A stretch of 35,092 nt of DNA from Octopus sinensis (GCF_006345805.1 NW_021833367.1:1-35092); one strand, 5' to 3'. Shown: positions 22,560-34,567, counted from the first letter of the stretch. Notes: generated by a model not told the origin, from the letters alone. A program made the numbers and translations.

Positions 22560-23399
22560 ATATTCAAGCCTCTTCTCTTATCTCCTCAAAGACACATAAG
22601 CATCTCGAAAGAGTCCAGAAGCTGGCTACCTGCATGGTTCTTGGTCTCAAGAATTTGTCTTATGAAGAAAGGCTGAAGACGCTCGACCTTTATTCTCTAG
22701 AAAAACGCCGACGCCGTGGTGATCTCATTCTCGCTCACATCATCATAAGCGGAAAGTGTAACTTCTCGAAAGAGCTGCTCCAGAGCGTCTGCTGCGGTGT
22801 CATTCCGAAAAGCTCTACCTGCGACGATTTCATCTCAATCGAAGGAGAGGAGCTTTCTCCGTCCGGGTTGCGGATCCGTGGAACAAGCTGTCAGATGAGA
22901 TGGTGAAGATGCCGATGACCGCTTTGTTCAAAGCCTCCCTTGACCTCAAGAGGCCTGAACTCTTTACATGAACACCACCCTGTACATAACTCCATGTCCC
23001 CCTAGACTACGCCGTGGTGATCTCATTCTCGCCCACATCATCATAAGCGGAAAGTGTAACCTCTCGAAAGAGCTGTTCTTCACTCCTGCTCCAGAGCGTC
23101 GGCTGCGGGGTCATTCCGAAAAGCTCTACCTGCGACGATTTCATCTCAATCGAAGGAGAGGAGCTTTCTCCGTCCGGGTTGCGGATCCGTGGAACAAGCT
23201 GCCAGATGAGATGGTGAAGATGCTGATGACCGCTTTGTTCAAAGCCTCCCTTGACCTCAAGTGGCCTGAACTCTTTACATGAACACCACCCTGTACATAA
23301 CTCCATGTCCCCCTAGACGACGCCGTGGTGATCTCATTCTCGCTCACAACATCATAAGCAGAAAGTGTAACCTTTCGAAAGAGCTGTTCTTCACTCCTG
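22560..23399 (+). mobile_element. CR1-group LINE fragment with tandem ~310-bp 3' units
   Basis: HLERVQKLAT..LKNLSYEERLKTLDLYSLEKRRRRGDLI; junctions cccctagac[tg]acgccgtgg at about 23000 and 23312. Confidence 0.88.
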
Positions 23400-23599
23400 C
23401 TATATATATAGCAGTGGTTCATGGTATCCAATGCTATATATATATATATATATTATATATAGCATTGGATATATGCATAATGTGTGTGTCTGCATTTGTA
23501 TATATATATATATATATATACATACAAATGCACACACACATACATGCATATATCCAATGTTATATATATATATATTTATATATATATATATATTTCAAT

Positions 23600-23769
23600 G
23601 CATATATACAATGAAATATATATAAATACATGTATACATTTATAATATATTTCCATGTATGCCTATATATATACACATATGTATAGATATATATATATAT
23701 ATATATATATAATAAATACATGTATACATTTATATATATATTTCCATGTATGCCTATATATATATACAC

Positions 23770-23807
<38 letters not shown>

Positions 23808-23860
23808 AATACATGTATACATTTATATATATATTTCCATGTATGCCTATATATATACAC

Positions 23861-23890
<30 letters not shown>
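23600..23890. repeat. AT-rich tandem repeat of about 105 bp, about 3 copies
   Basis: taaatacatgtatacattt...tttccatgtatgcctat recurs three times. Confidence 0.8.
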
Positions 23891-23901
<11 letters not shown>

Positions 23902-24058
23902 CATACACATATATACATACTCACACATACACACATGCATAAATGTAATGTATACATATGCATATATACATGCAAACATATATCTTACATATACATACAT
24001 TTATACTTCCTGATATATATACATATATATATATATATATCTATGTAACATAAATGTA

Positions 24059-24424
24059 CACGCAGGAGTGGCTGTGTGGTAAGTAGCTTGCTAACCAACC
24101 ACATGGTTCCGAGTTCAGTCCCACTGCATGGCATCTTGGGCCGACCAATGCCCCGGGCCGACCAATGCCCCGGGCCGACCAATGCCTTGTGAGTGGAAAC
24201 TGAAATGTATGTGTGTGTGTGCCTGTGTTTGTCCCCCTAGCATTGCTTGACAACCGATGCCAGTGTGTTTACATCCCCGTCACCTAGCAGTTCGGCAAAA
24301 GAGACAGATAGAATAAGTACTGGGCTTAGAAAGAATAAGTCCTGGGGTCGATTTGCTCGACTAAAGGCGGTGCTCCAACATGGCCGCAGTCAAATGACTG
24401 AAACAAGTAAAAGAGTAAAAGAGT
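24059..24424 (+). mobile_element. SINE family A with an internal deletion and a triplicated 17-mer (gggccgaccaatgcccc)
   Basis: Head and tail intact; 17-bp repeat at about 24138-24187. Confidence 0.85.
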
Positions 24425-24707
24425 ATATGTATATATACAGAGGAACTTATATATTCATACAAATGTACATACGGATAGACATATTTGTGTATATATATAT
24501 ATACATATTTAGTGAGTGTGTATGTATATATATATATATAAACAAATCAAATTGCGATAAAATAAAAATAATTATAATCGCTGGTATTACTAACACAAGC
24601 CATATATTTTTCATATATCAGTACATTAAGGCGAAATATGTGCTAGGAATACAGAAGCTTGATAAATTAAGTGAAATGAAGATAAAAACATTTACTAAAC
24701 CGGTAAT

Positions 24708-24779
24708 TCTCAGACTGCAGTTTCTTTCTTTTCAGCAATAAAGATAATTTATTTGCTCAGGGAGAATTCTTCAGTGAGA
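24708..24779 (-). ncRNA. Minimal type I hammerhead ribozyme motif with palindromic stem III (HHR2)
   Basis: Minus strand: ucuca CUGAAGA [a-uucu...agcaa(a)uaaa-uuauc-uuuauugcu...agaa-a] GAAA C-ugca-G UC | ugaga. ACUGCAGU is a perfect palindrome. Predicted cleavage between 24713 and 24712. Confidence 0.78.
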
Positions 24780-24957
24780 CCCTGTTTTTCTGGGATCCTA
24801 ACTCACTAGAAGCATGTGCGTCTAATGATTTACTCTCCCTAACTAATCATATCACTAATCATATCACTAATCATATCACTAAATATATATATTTAGTGAG
24901 TGTGTATGTATATTATATATATATATATATATACATTTAGTGAGTGTGTATGTATAT

Positions 24958-25125
24958 CATCATCATCATCATCATCATCGTCGTTTAGCGTCCGTTTTCC
25001 ATGCTAGCATGGGTTGGACGGTTCTACTGGGGTCTGTGAAGCCAGAAGGCTTCGTCAGGCCCAGTCAAATCTGGCAGTGTTTCTACGGCTGGATGCCCTT
25101 CCTAACGCCAACTGCCCTTCCTAAC

Positions 25126-25128
<3 letters not shown>
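24958..25128 (-). mobile_element. Truncated SINE family F copy with (GAT)n tail and probable ~22-bp TSD
   Basis: catcatcatcgtcgtttagcgtccgttttccatgctagc; flanked by tttagtgagtgtgtatgtatat at 24936 and 25180. Confidence 0.75.
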
Positions 25129-25183
<55 letters not shown>

Positions 25184-25296
25184 GTGAGTGTGTATGTATA
25201 TATATATATATATATATAAAACTGTAATGCGTTTTTACCGCTTGTATATATTATATATATATATATATATTATATATATATATATATATATGCCCA

Positions 25297-25337
<41 letters not shown>

Positions 25338-25341
<4 letters not shown>

Positions 25342-25713
25342 CAAATGATGTTGGCATCACCTTTAAGGTACATCCAAGGCTTGGGCCCCGTGCCATCCGC
25401 CCAAAACAAAAATCGCACTCTCATCTCATAACAACAATACGGCACAATTATTTCACCTCAATTGGCCCCGCTCTCTTTAACATTACACCAAAACACATTA
25501 AAACAGAAACTGACCCCATAGGGTTCAAGAAGTCTCTGGACAGATTCCTTCAAGAAATCCCGGATAAACCCCCGACACCCGGATATGTCTCTGTAAACAA
25601 TAACGCTCTACTTGAGTGGGCCATAGTGCCCAAATTCTGACTTGAAAGACTTCACCAGGTGGTGCTATTAAGTTAGACATGGCCTGGGCCAATAATGGCT
25701 GAAACCTATCAAA

Positions 25714-25745
<32 letters not shown>
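25338..25745 (+). mobile_element. 3' end of a CR1-group LINE (relative of the 17275-18315 family)
   Basis: RHNYFTSIGPALFNITP...FKKSLDRFLQEIPDKPPTPGY; stop at 25638-25640; 3' stem-loop and (AAT)n tail. Confidence 0.82.
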
Positions 25746-25747
<2 letters not shown>

Positions 25748-25749
25748 TG

Positions 25750-26215
25750 TGTACAGTGCTCAGGTGCACTACAACTCATCTAAAGTGTATATATAATCAG
25801 GTGTAGTTTCGGCGGATTTCGGAAAGCATGAGGGCCTTAAAAGATGCAGTGTCATGGCAGTCAACAACTGACGCAGGCAGTTTATTCCATGCTTCAGCAA
25901 CTCTGAGCGTGAAAAAATGTTTCCGAAAGTCATGGGAGCTGTATTGTTTTCTGACTTTGTAGGCATGTCCACGTGTGTTAGACACATGGAGATCAAAAAG
26001 GTGTTCAGTGTTGTTGTTGGTGAGGTGGTTGATAACTTTGTGGGTGTTTACCAAGTCCGTCGCCAAACGCCGGAGCTTCAGTGAATCCATGCCCAGGGAA
26101 ACAAGGCGCTCAGAATATGGTAGGTGTCTGATGGAGGGTATGCGTTTGGTTGCACGTCTCTGGACAGATTCCAGGAGGTCAATGTTCTGTGCAAGATAGG
26201 GGTTCCAAATTACAT
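25750..26215 (-). mobile_element. 3' end of another CR1 LINE, tail-to-tail with the previous one in the same (AAT)n tract
   Basis: VIWNPYLAQNIDLLESVQRRATKRIP...YSERL...SLKLRRLATDL...TRGH..K...FFTLRVAEAWNKLP. Confidence 0.88.
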
Positions 26216-26224
26216 GGTTCGTTA

Positions 26225-27031
26225 TTAAATATATATATATATATACATATATGTATATATATATATATTTTATAGATATAGGTTTAAAAAATTATTAATT
26301 TATAATTAATAAATTTTACCAAGTAGTTTCGGTATGGAAAAGAACCATATTCAGTAAAAACTTATGCAAGAAGTTTTATATTTAATTATAACAGTAATTA
26401 AGGGTTTAGCAACAAGTTGCTTCTCCACATACCGAAAATTTAGAAATAGCAGCCAAAATACCGTTATTTCTTCTTCGCTACAAAATATGACTCCACAGAT
26501 AGCCTTACCTGTAACTCACACAGGTAAAAAGAAGGAAAATAAGGAAATCAAACAGTCTTCGATTAAATATATAAATTTTTTGCGTAATGAGATAAAAAAA
26601 CCAAGGCTGTATAGATATTAGAGCATTTATAGATAGAAGGTCTTACAGCTGTTTGTAGGATATTAATTAATAATATCCCTTCATCGGAGACGGTGTGAGA
26701 GGAAAAATTAAGTCATAGTTTCAATGTGATACAAATAGCGAGTGAGATGGAGGAAAGAAAATAGATGTAAGATATGTATGGGTATTGGATTCGTAAATCC
26801 GTTTTATAGGCATCAGGGTATATATGTGCAATATTCCAGTATCCTTTGAGTAAAATCCAAAAGTCCAACAGAGTTTAATATGAGTCCATCCAGATGTAGA
26901 GTTTATAAGCAATGTAAGATTCTCTTAAAGTTGGTGATTCCCAGGAGGGAATTTATAGAGGGTGTAGCAGAGTGCAGCTGGTTTATGTTTAAACTGACCG
27001 AGAAATAGGGAATCTATGGTCAAATTGAAAG

Positions 27032-27066
<35 letters not shown>

Positions 27067-27190
27067 TATACGTATGTGTTTGTTATGGTAGTTTGACTGT
27101 AATAGTTCCTCATAGTGTGAGGTATTTATGTATGGTAATGCCCTGATATATAAACATATATATATGTATGTTGTATGGTTAGAATGATGG

Positions 27191-27200
<10 letters not shown>
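26225..27200 (-). mobile_element. Decayed PLE-like 3' end (pLTR-type region)
   Basis: Minus-strand remnant LHCL*TLHLDGL (about 26880-26920) resembles the TL.P.GLN end of PLE GIY-YIG domains. It is followed by a hammerhead-like motif. Confidence 0.5.
26640..26691 (-). ncRNA. Decayed minimal hammerhead ribozyme (HHR3)
   Basis: gucu CCGAUGA a-g-ggauauua-uuaau-uaauaucc-u-a CAAA C-agcu-G UA | agac. Palindrome ACAGCUGU; two core substitutions (U4C at 26686, G12C at 26655). Confidence 0.62.
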
Positions 27201-27244
<44 letters not shown>

Positions 27245-27324
27245 TGACAGGGCACGACCGTTAGGTGGTTGGCCGCATGCTAGAAATAGATCATCAACGA
27301 TCAAACTACAAAGAAATATTAAAA

Positions 27325-27374
<50 letters not shown>

Positions 27375-27377
<3 letters not shown>

Positions 27378-27700
27378 TATATAAATACCCGTTCTCTCTC
27401 GTTCTGTCTGTCTGTCTGTGTGTCTTCTAGGATCTCGGGCATCCTCCATCCGATTGCACTCAAATTTGATATGTAGATACTGGTGGTATCAGGGGGTGTG
27501 TATGACTTGAAAAAATAACAAAAATCGATTCCAGGGGAGAATACGATTGGCAAAGCCGTGGGAACGTGCATTTGTACGCACAAGTACATCAGATGTTGCG
27601 ATCGATACTATGCGTACGCGAGAAAATTGCACGTGCAGTTTGCGCAAAAAAGCCGGCTGGCTTGAAATAATGCCACAAAATGCAGAATATTTAAGAGACC
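27375..27700 (+). mobile_element. Probable non-autonomous Helitron-like 5' end
   Basis: Starts TC after a TA tract, then (CTGT)n and ccgattgcactcaaattt, the layout of Helitron/DINE-like 5' ends. No 3' CTAG hairpin identified. Confidence 0.4.
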
Positions 27701-28321
27701 AAAAAAGTAAGATGCAAAAGAGATATTTTCTCCAAACTTGGCATGAAGGAAGGAAAAACTATTTTGTTTCTGAAGAAGTCTTTTCTTTTTTTTGCCTTAA
27801 TTTCGTTTAACAAAACCAAAACTTTTATTGAAATAAAGGCATGCTTAATTATTTTTTAATGAAAAGAAAACACAGATTGCTTTTTATTCAAGGAAGAAAA
27901 TATAATTTTCTTGTTAATAAATGATTTTCCATGTTTGTGTTCTCCCAGTCTACAGACTTATCATTTCTGGTACTTTAAACTCTTCGGTTGCATATTTGGG
28001 TGAATAAAATCGTTTTTCTTTGGAATAGAAAAAAAGTCTATCTTTATTTCTTCTTTTGCTGGTGTCTCAAATTTAGGTTAAATCAGTGCTTCTCAAAGGG
28101 GTGGCATATGGGACTGTCGGACAAGTTGTTTTGAGGAAATTGGGTTTAAATGTTTGACAACTCAGCACCGTCCATTGGACGGGGAGAGGGGGGGAGGGCG
28201 TTTTGTTCGTATATATGTGTGTGTGTGTGTTTGTATACATATATATATGTGTGTATGTATATATACATATATATATGTATATATATATATATATATGCAT
28301 ACATATATATTCCTATTCCTG

Positions 28322-29652
28322 CATATATCATTGAACCTATCATTGATGCTTCTAGAAGTCTCACCTATGTATGACTCTGGGTTAGTCGCGCAAGCTCCCT
28401 CCTGGCACTTAATCTGGTATACAGTGCCCTTGGTTTTACAATTTACATGTGGATTTGTCGAACATACTGCACAATTACTTTGACAGGTGATTCTATCAAA
28501 TGGATATGATCTGCATAATGCCGATTTGATAGTCCTACCTGTCTTTTCTACAACTTTAACTTTTAGGCCCGTAGTGCGCAGGACTTTCTTGAATGCCTTA
28601 CTTAGCTCGTTCTTAGGTGTGACGTCAACGAACATCACTCCGTGAAATCTCCTGTTATCGTACCAAGTAACGTTTCTCATCTTTTTGTTGGTGTCCCTCT
28701 CTAACCTATTCCAGAACTTGTTGCGGTACAGGGGGCATATACCGTTTTCGTCGTTCCTTAGAATGCGTTCGAATCTAGCTTTCGCTCCTTTGTACACCCT
28801 GACTCTATCGTCTTGTGTGTATCCGGAGCGTTGCATTCGGAATATGTAGTGCTGGATGTGTTGTTGTCGTTCTTGTGGTTGGCATAGTGGTGATACATTC
28901 CTCATTACTCTAACTAAGTCTGCCACTAGGATGTTGAGTTTGGCAGTATCCGACATAGCTGAGTCACTACGGATTACTAGTGGATTAGCCATCGGTTTCT
29001 GATAGTGTGAGTGGAGTATACAGGGTTTAATGGTACCATTAGCCATAGCATCTTCCATCCATAGCTCAGTATCTAGGACGGGTAATCGTTTACTGGGGTG
29101 TTTAGAGGGGTAGTCTATGGTAAGTTTTATACTGCTGTGGATAGAGTCAGCTATGTGTTGTATAGATGTCATCACCTGTTCTTCACTTGGTAGAGGGCCC
29201 ATAACTGTGTCTGTATTATATTTCACAACAAGGTTAATGTCGTCGACGTAACGAGAGTACATAGCCAAGTGGATGTTACGGTTTGCTGGCCACTGTTTAA
29301 AACGCTTGTCCCACCATACCATGAAGAGGTTAGCAACGTCACCGGCGATCCCCACTCCAATAGCACCGCCTTTCGTTTGCTTATACAGTTTGTTGTCAAA
29401 TTTAAAAATATGTGTTTTTAGCGTAAATCTCAGGCTGACACCGATAGCATGTGCGATGGTGGTTCTAATATCGTGTGCACTTGAAGGTGGGTAGTCCGGC
29501 TTTGTCCATCCCTGCCAGCACTCACAGTGAGTCTTCCTGTAAGCTGAGGTAATGGTAGGTGGTCTACCGCGTTTGTTACGGGTGGGACAAGCATATAGAA
29601 GGTTATTGCGCGACAGGTATTCATTGGTACAGGTTGCAATGCGTATGTGCAG
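28322..29652 (-). mobile_element. Penelope-like element 2 (Neptune-like): RT, thumb, Cys linker and N-terminal part of GIY-YIG; truncated at both ends
   Basis: YKQTKGGAIG, RYVDD, LPVLD, YQKPM, CQSNCAVC...C, VYQIKC...[10 protein letters not shown]. The frame is open 99 codons upstream of the track start, to a TAA at 29655-29653, and runs into a microsatellite at about 28320. Confidence 0.9.
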
Positions 29653-29989
29653 TTATATACAACGGTATGAGCGGACGTTGTTTGATACGTACAGTTGCAC
29701 TTAGGCGTTGTATCCATTCACGGTTAGACGATGATGAGAGGAACAAACACACACCCACACATATATATATATATATGTGTGCGTCTATACAAACATATAT
29801 GTGAATATGTATACAACCTTCAGCAAAGTAACAGTCATGTACACAACTTGGACGGACACATGCCGGTACACGGACATACGTTCATATACACATACACATG
29901 TACACACTCTCACAGACACGTCTGCCCATTCTCCTAGACACTCACATACATACGTAGCACATGAATACAAACATACATACATACCTACG

Positions 29990-30790
29990 TATGGGCATAC
30001 ACACGTACATGTACGCACACACATACATGGGCACAGGCATACAAGCGCGTATACATACATACGCACATGCGTACGTATGTACATACACACATACATACAC
30101 ACATACATACACACATACATACATACATACATACATACATACATACATACATACATACATACATACATACATACATACATACATACACATACATACATAC
30201 ATACTACATACAGTCATACATACATACATACATACATACATACATACTACATACTACATACACACATACATACATACATCATACATTCTACATACTACAT
30301 ACATACATACATACATACATACATACATACACACATACATACTACATACATACATTCATACATACATACATACATACATACTACATACTACAACATACAT
30401 ACATAACATACATACACACATACATACATACATACATACCTTATACATACATACATACATACATACATACATACATACATACATACATACACACATACAT
30501 AATACATACATACTACACATACATAATACTACATACATCATACATACATACACACTACATACACACAACATACACACATACAACATACTACAACATACAT
30601 ACATCATACATACATACATACATACTACATACATTACACACTACTACTACATACATAATACATACATACATACATACATACATACATACATACACACATA
30701 CATACACACATACACACATACATACATACATACATACATACATACATACATACATACATACATACATACATACATACATACATACATACG
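29990..30790. repeat. Long (TACA)n microsatellite
   Basis: Direct reading. Confidence 0.95.
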
Positions 30791-31384
30791 AACAATAGTA
30801 AAACATTAGTTCTGTGATATAGAGATAAAAATCTGATAATGGATTTTAGGGTATAGTTTTGGGAGTAAGCGTCATAAATTCACTTTCTAGCATCGGCCCG
30901 GAGGAAGTTGAAATTTGATAGCTTTGTGATGAGTGGTCACTCTACATCCATCCATCGCTACAGGTTTATAGCTTTATGTTTTATAGAGTGTATGTGCGTG
31001 CATATACACACACATACATATATACATACATACACACATACATATATATACATACATACATACATACATACATACATGCATACACAGGCGTATGTACGTA
31101 CATGCATACGTACATACATACACACATGTATACACATACACGCATACATACGTACATATATATGACGAACTAACTGTTACTTTCTCAGATGCAGCACGGA
31201 CTTTGTCAGTGAAGAGGTCGCGGTCTTAAAGCGACGAAAATATTTTGACAAATTAAACTTAAATGTTGAAGTGAATCGAACGGCTTTTGTGTGTTTCTTA
31301 AATGGCTTATAAACACCTTCCACGCTGCAATTGTTTTCCTTTCAGCACACGATCTCAGATCAAATTACTTGCTATGCGAGTACA

Positions 31385-31705
<321 letters not shown>

Positions 31706-31734
31706 TATACATTTGTGGAGCACACGAACATGTG

Positions 31735-31766
<32 letters not shown>

Positions 31767-32780
31767 TATAATGTGTTTATTATGGTAGTTTGACTTTAAT
31801 AGTCCCTCGTAGTGTGAAGCATTTATGTATGGTAATGCCCTGATATATAAACATATATATATGTAAATGTTTGTTGTATAGCTAGAATGATGGATGTATA
31901 TATATATATATATATCCATTCGTATGCTCCCAGTCATCTTCCCAAATACATTCGTAAACTATGACAAGATATACTCTGACATGCGGGTTCCATTCCTTCT
32001 CTGCCGATTATATTCGTAGTCTCGTTATGTTGATTTGGGGGCATCAGTCTCACAGATTTTACTTTAGAAATCCACCCCATACGTATTCAGTTAGTCTCTT
32101 GTACTGAAGCACAAACCAAATCTAGACATATATTTTGGGAAGGGACCCTTTGTGAGAAAATATGCAATACATTCATATAACTGTTGTTTCTAGCAAACTT
32201 TGTATTTAAGTTTGTGTCTGTAACTAGTTTTTTGTTGTTGTATTAATTTCATTTTAATAATTAAATGCAAATTAATGCCTAATTAAAAAATATAATTAAA
32301 AGCATGACATATAAAATGCAACTGAATGCAAGAGCTGCTAGTAATAGCAGCCAAATTTACAGAGAAAACAGCCCCATATTGTCTCACGTAACTCCATACA
32401 TAGTTATATAGCTAGAGTTGCTTGAAATAGCAGCCAAATGCCCCTCCAATCCACTGTACTTCTGAAATTAGCTACAGTTTAAAATTCTACGCCTGTTTGT
32501 CATGCAAAACAAATCCAATACAACAGGTCCATTAAACTGTGTCATTTCATATGCTAGAAACAACAGCAAGTGCTTAGCAAAAATATATACAAAGACGGAC
32601 AGAGAAAAAACTGGGAGGAAAGCAAAAACCAAAAAAGATCGAAATATATAATGTATCAATGTTAAATGTACTTGCTAGAAATAGCAGCCAAAAGAAATTG
32701 AATCACAGCTGTCTATCTATCTATTTGTCTGTCTGTCTGTTTGTCTCTCTTTTTATATAAATATATATATATATATATAT

Positions 32781-33644
32781 TATATAAAAGGGCTTAGTAA
32801 AATAAATTACTTTGCCGCATACTGAACTCATTAGAAATAGCAGCTAAAAAACTTTTTTAAAACTATTTCTAATACTTAAAGAAAATCTCTCTCATATATA
32901 GTGTTTGTTTAATTCAACTCACAAAAGTTTGGGGGTAAGGACATCGAAAAATCAAATGCTAAGGTTATTCGAGAACGTACGTTTCAAGATTAGTCAAAAC
33001 AACATTTCTATCATCGGCTCAGAAATTCCTTGGTTTGGATTTGGAAACACTGAAAATAAGAACATACCCTTTCGAAGATCTGCTCCCAACTACAGTGCCA
33101 ACAAATTCAAATAAGCAACGAAGAATCTCTGTTCTCCCCTTTCCACCAGCGTGGGTTAAAATCATCAAACACTATGCTTATTTCGGTAAAATCCGAAGCA
33201 TTAATCAGAGGAAGATTAATTATAATTTCAACAATTGAGGGCAAAATTAATTAATTATTAATCAATTTCACCAAGTGTTCAGTATGCAAAGGGACCATTC
33301 AAGGCGAATTCAAATTATTACATTATATAAAAGGGCTTAGTAAAATAAATTACTTTGCCGCATACTGAACTCATTAGAAATAGCAGCTAAAAAACTTTTT
33401 TAAAACTATTTCTAATACTTAAAGAAAATCTCTCTCATATATAGTGTTTGTTTAATTCAACTCACAAAAGTTTGGGGGTAAGGACATCGAAAAATCAAAT
33501 GCTAAGGTTATTCGAGAACGTACGTTTCAAGATTAGTCAAAACAACATTTCTATCATCGGCTCAGAAATTCCTTGGTTTGGATTTGGAAACACTGAAAAT
33601 AAGAACATACCCTTTCGAAGATCTGCTCCCAACTAACAGTGCCA
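32781..33644. repeat. Direct repeat of about 320 bp (32781-33100 and 33324-33644, period 543) inside an aatagcagccaaa-rich repeat related to 26225-26630
   Basis: gggcttagtaaaataaattactttgccgc at 32790 and 33333; near-identical up to ctcccaacta(a)cagtgcca. Confidence 0.85.
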
Positions 33645-33734
33645 CCAGGTGGGGGTGACTTCTTTCATCGTCTCCATTCTTGCCATCTTTGCCCCGCTCG
33701 TTCTCAAAGATGGCATCAAGTGCGCCAATGTGCG

Positions 33735-34170
33735 ACCGGTAACATAAGCCGAATTCCAGGTGAGGAGTGCATCTACAAATCAATTGACCAGATCTCTGAC
33801 CCCCAAGACATTGTCAATTACCCTATCGAGTTTCTCACCTCATTGGAGCCATCATGGCTTCCACTCACATTCTTAGGCTAAGGGTTGGATGCCCAATTAT
33901 GCTAATTAGAAACTTGCTTCCGCCTAAACAGCGCAACAGGACCTGCTTAGTAATCAAGTCCCTGACGCCCCACTTGACTGAGGCCATCATTGTTACAGGA
34001 TGCGGGAGGGGTGAAAATATTTTAATTTCAAGGATGCAGCTTTATCCCTCAGGGTCAGACATGCCATTTAACCTCCACAGATCACAGTTCCCAGTGAGAT
34101 CATGCTTCGCCATGTCCATCAACAACTCCCGAGGCCAAACATTATTGGTGGCAGGCATCTATTTGGGGTT
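33735..34170 (+). pseudogene. Frameshifted Helitron RepHel PIF1-family helicase C-terminal fragment
   Basis: IPGEECIYKSIDQ...NYPIEFLTSLEP, then after a frameshift HILRLRVGCPIMLIRNL...QFPVRSCFAMSINNSRGQTL (consensus QFP..LAFAMTINKSQGQT). Confidence 0.9.
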
Positions 34171-34539
34171 TTCCATTCAATCAGGATAAAAAATTGATGA
34201 ACCAATTCCTTATAGGATTTCCTACTAAAATTGGCTACACCCCATTTTCAACCATAACTTTCACATATTTTGACATATTTTCCCCAAAGTTGATGCCAGC
34301 ATTACTTAGGACACATGGAATCTTTGAATGATGTAAGTTCTCAAAAAAAAAAATAAACAATCGCTGAATAGAAATAATCGATAAACCAATTCCTTATGGG
34401 ATTTCATAATCAAATTGCCTGCAACCCATTTTCAGCCAAAAGTATACCAATTCCAATGGATTTCACTCAAATTTGATGTTGGTGTCACTTATTTTGGTTT
34501 GAAATAAAGCGCTTGATCACTTTATAATCCTAACTTAAT

Positions 34540-34567
34540 TCCGGGCAACACCGGGCTATACTGCTAG
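34540..34567 (+). other. Helitron 3' terminus: short GC hairpin plus CTAG|T
   Basis: ccgg-gcaaca-ccgg (34541-34554) lies about 10 nt before CTAG (34564-34567), followed by T, downstream of the helicase fragment. Confidence 0.75.

Noticed and set aside
28083-28096. cagtgcttctcaaa as a hAT/Charlie terminal inverted repeat (also gggaaccactg at about 16558-16568)
   Set aside because: No matching opposite TIR or 8-bp TSD was found nearby.
31920-32150. Minus-strand YFLTKGPFPKYMSRF as an R1-like LINE C-terminus
   Set aside because: Similarity covers only about 15 residues, is followed by stops and has no CCHC motif.
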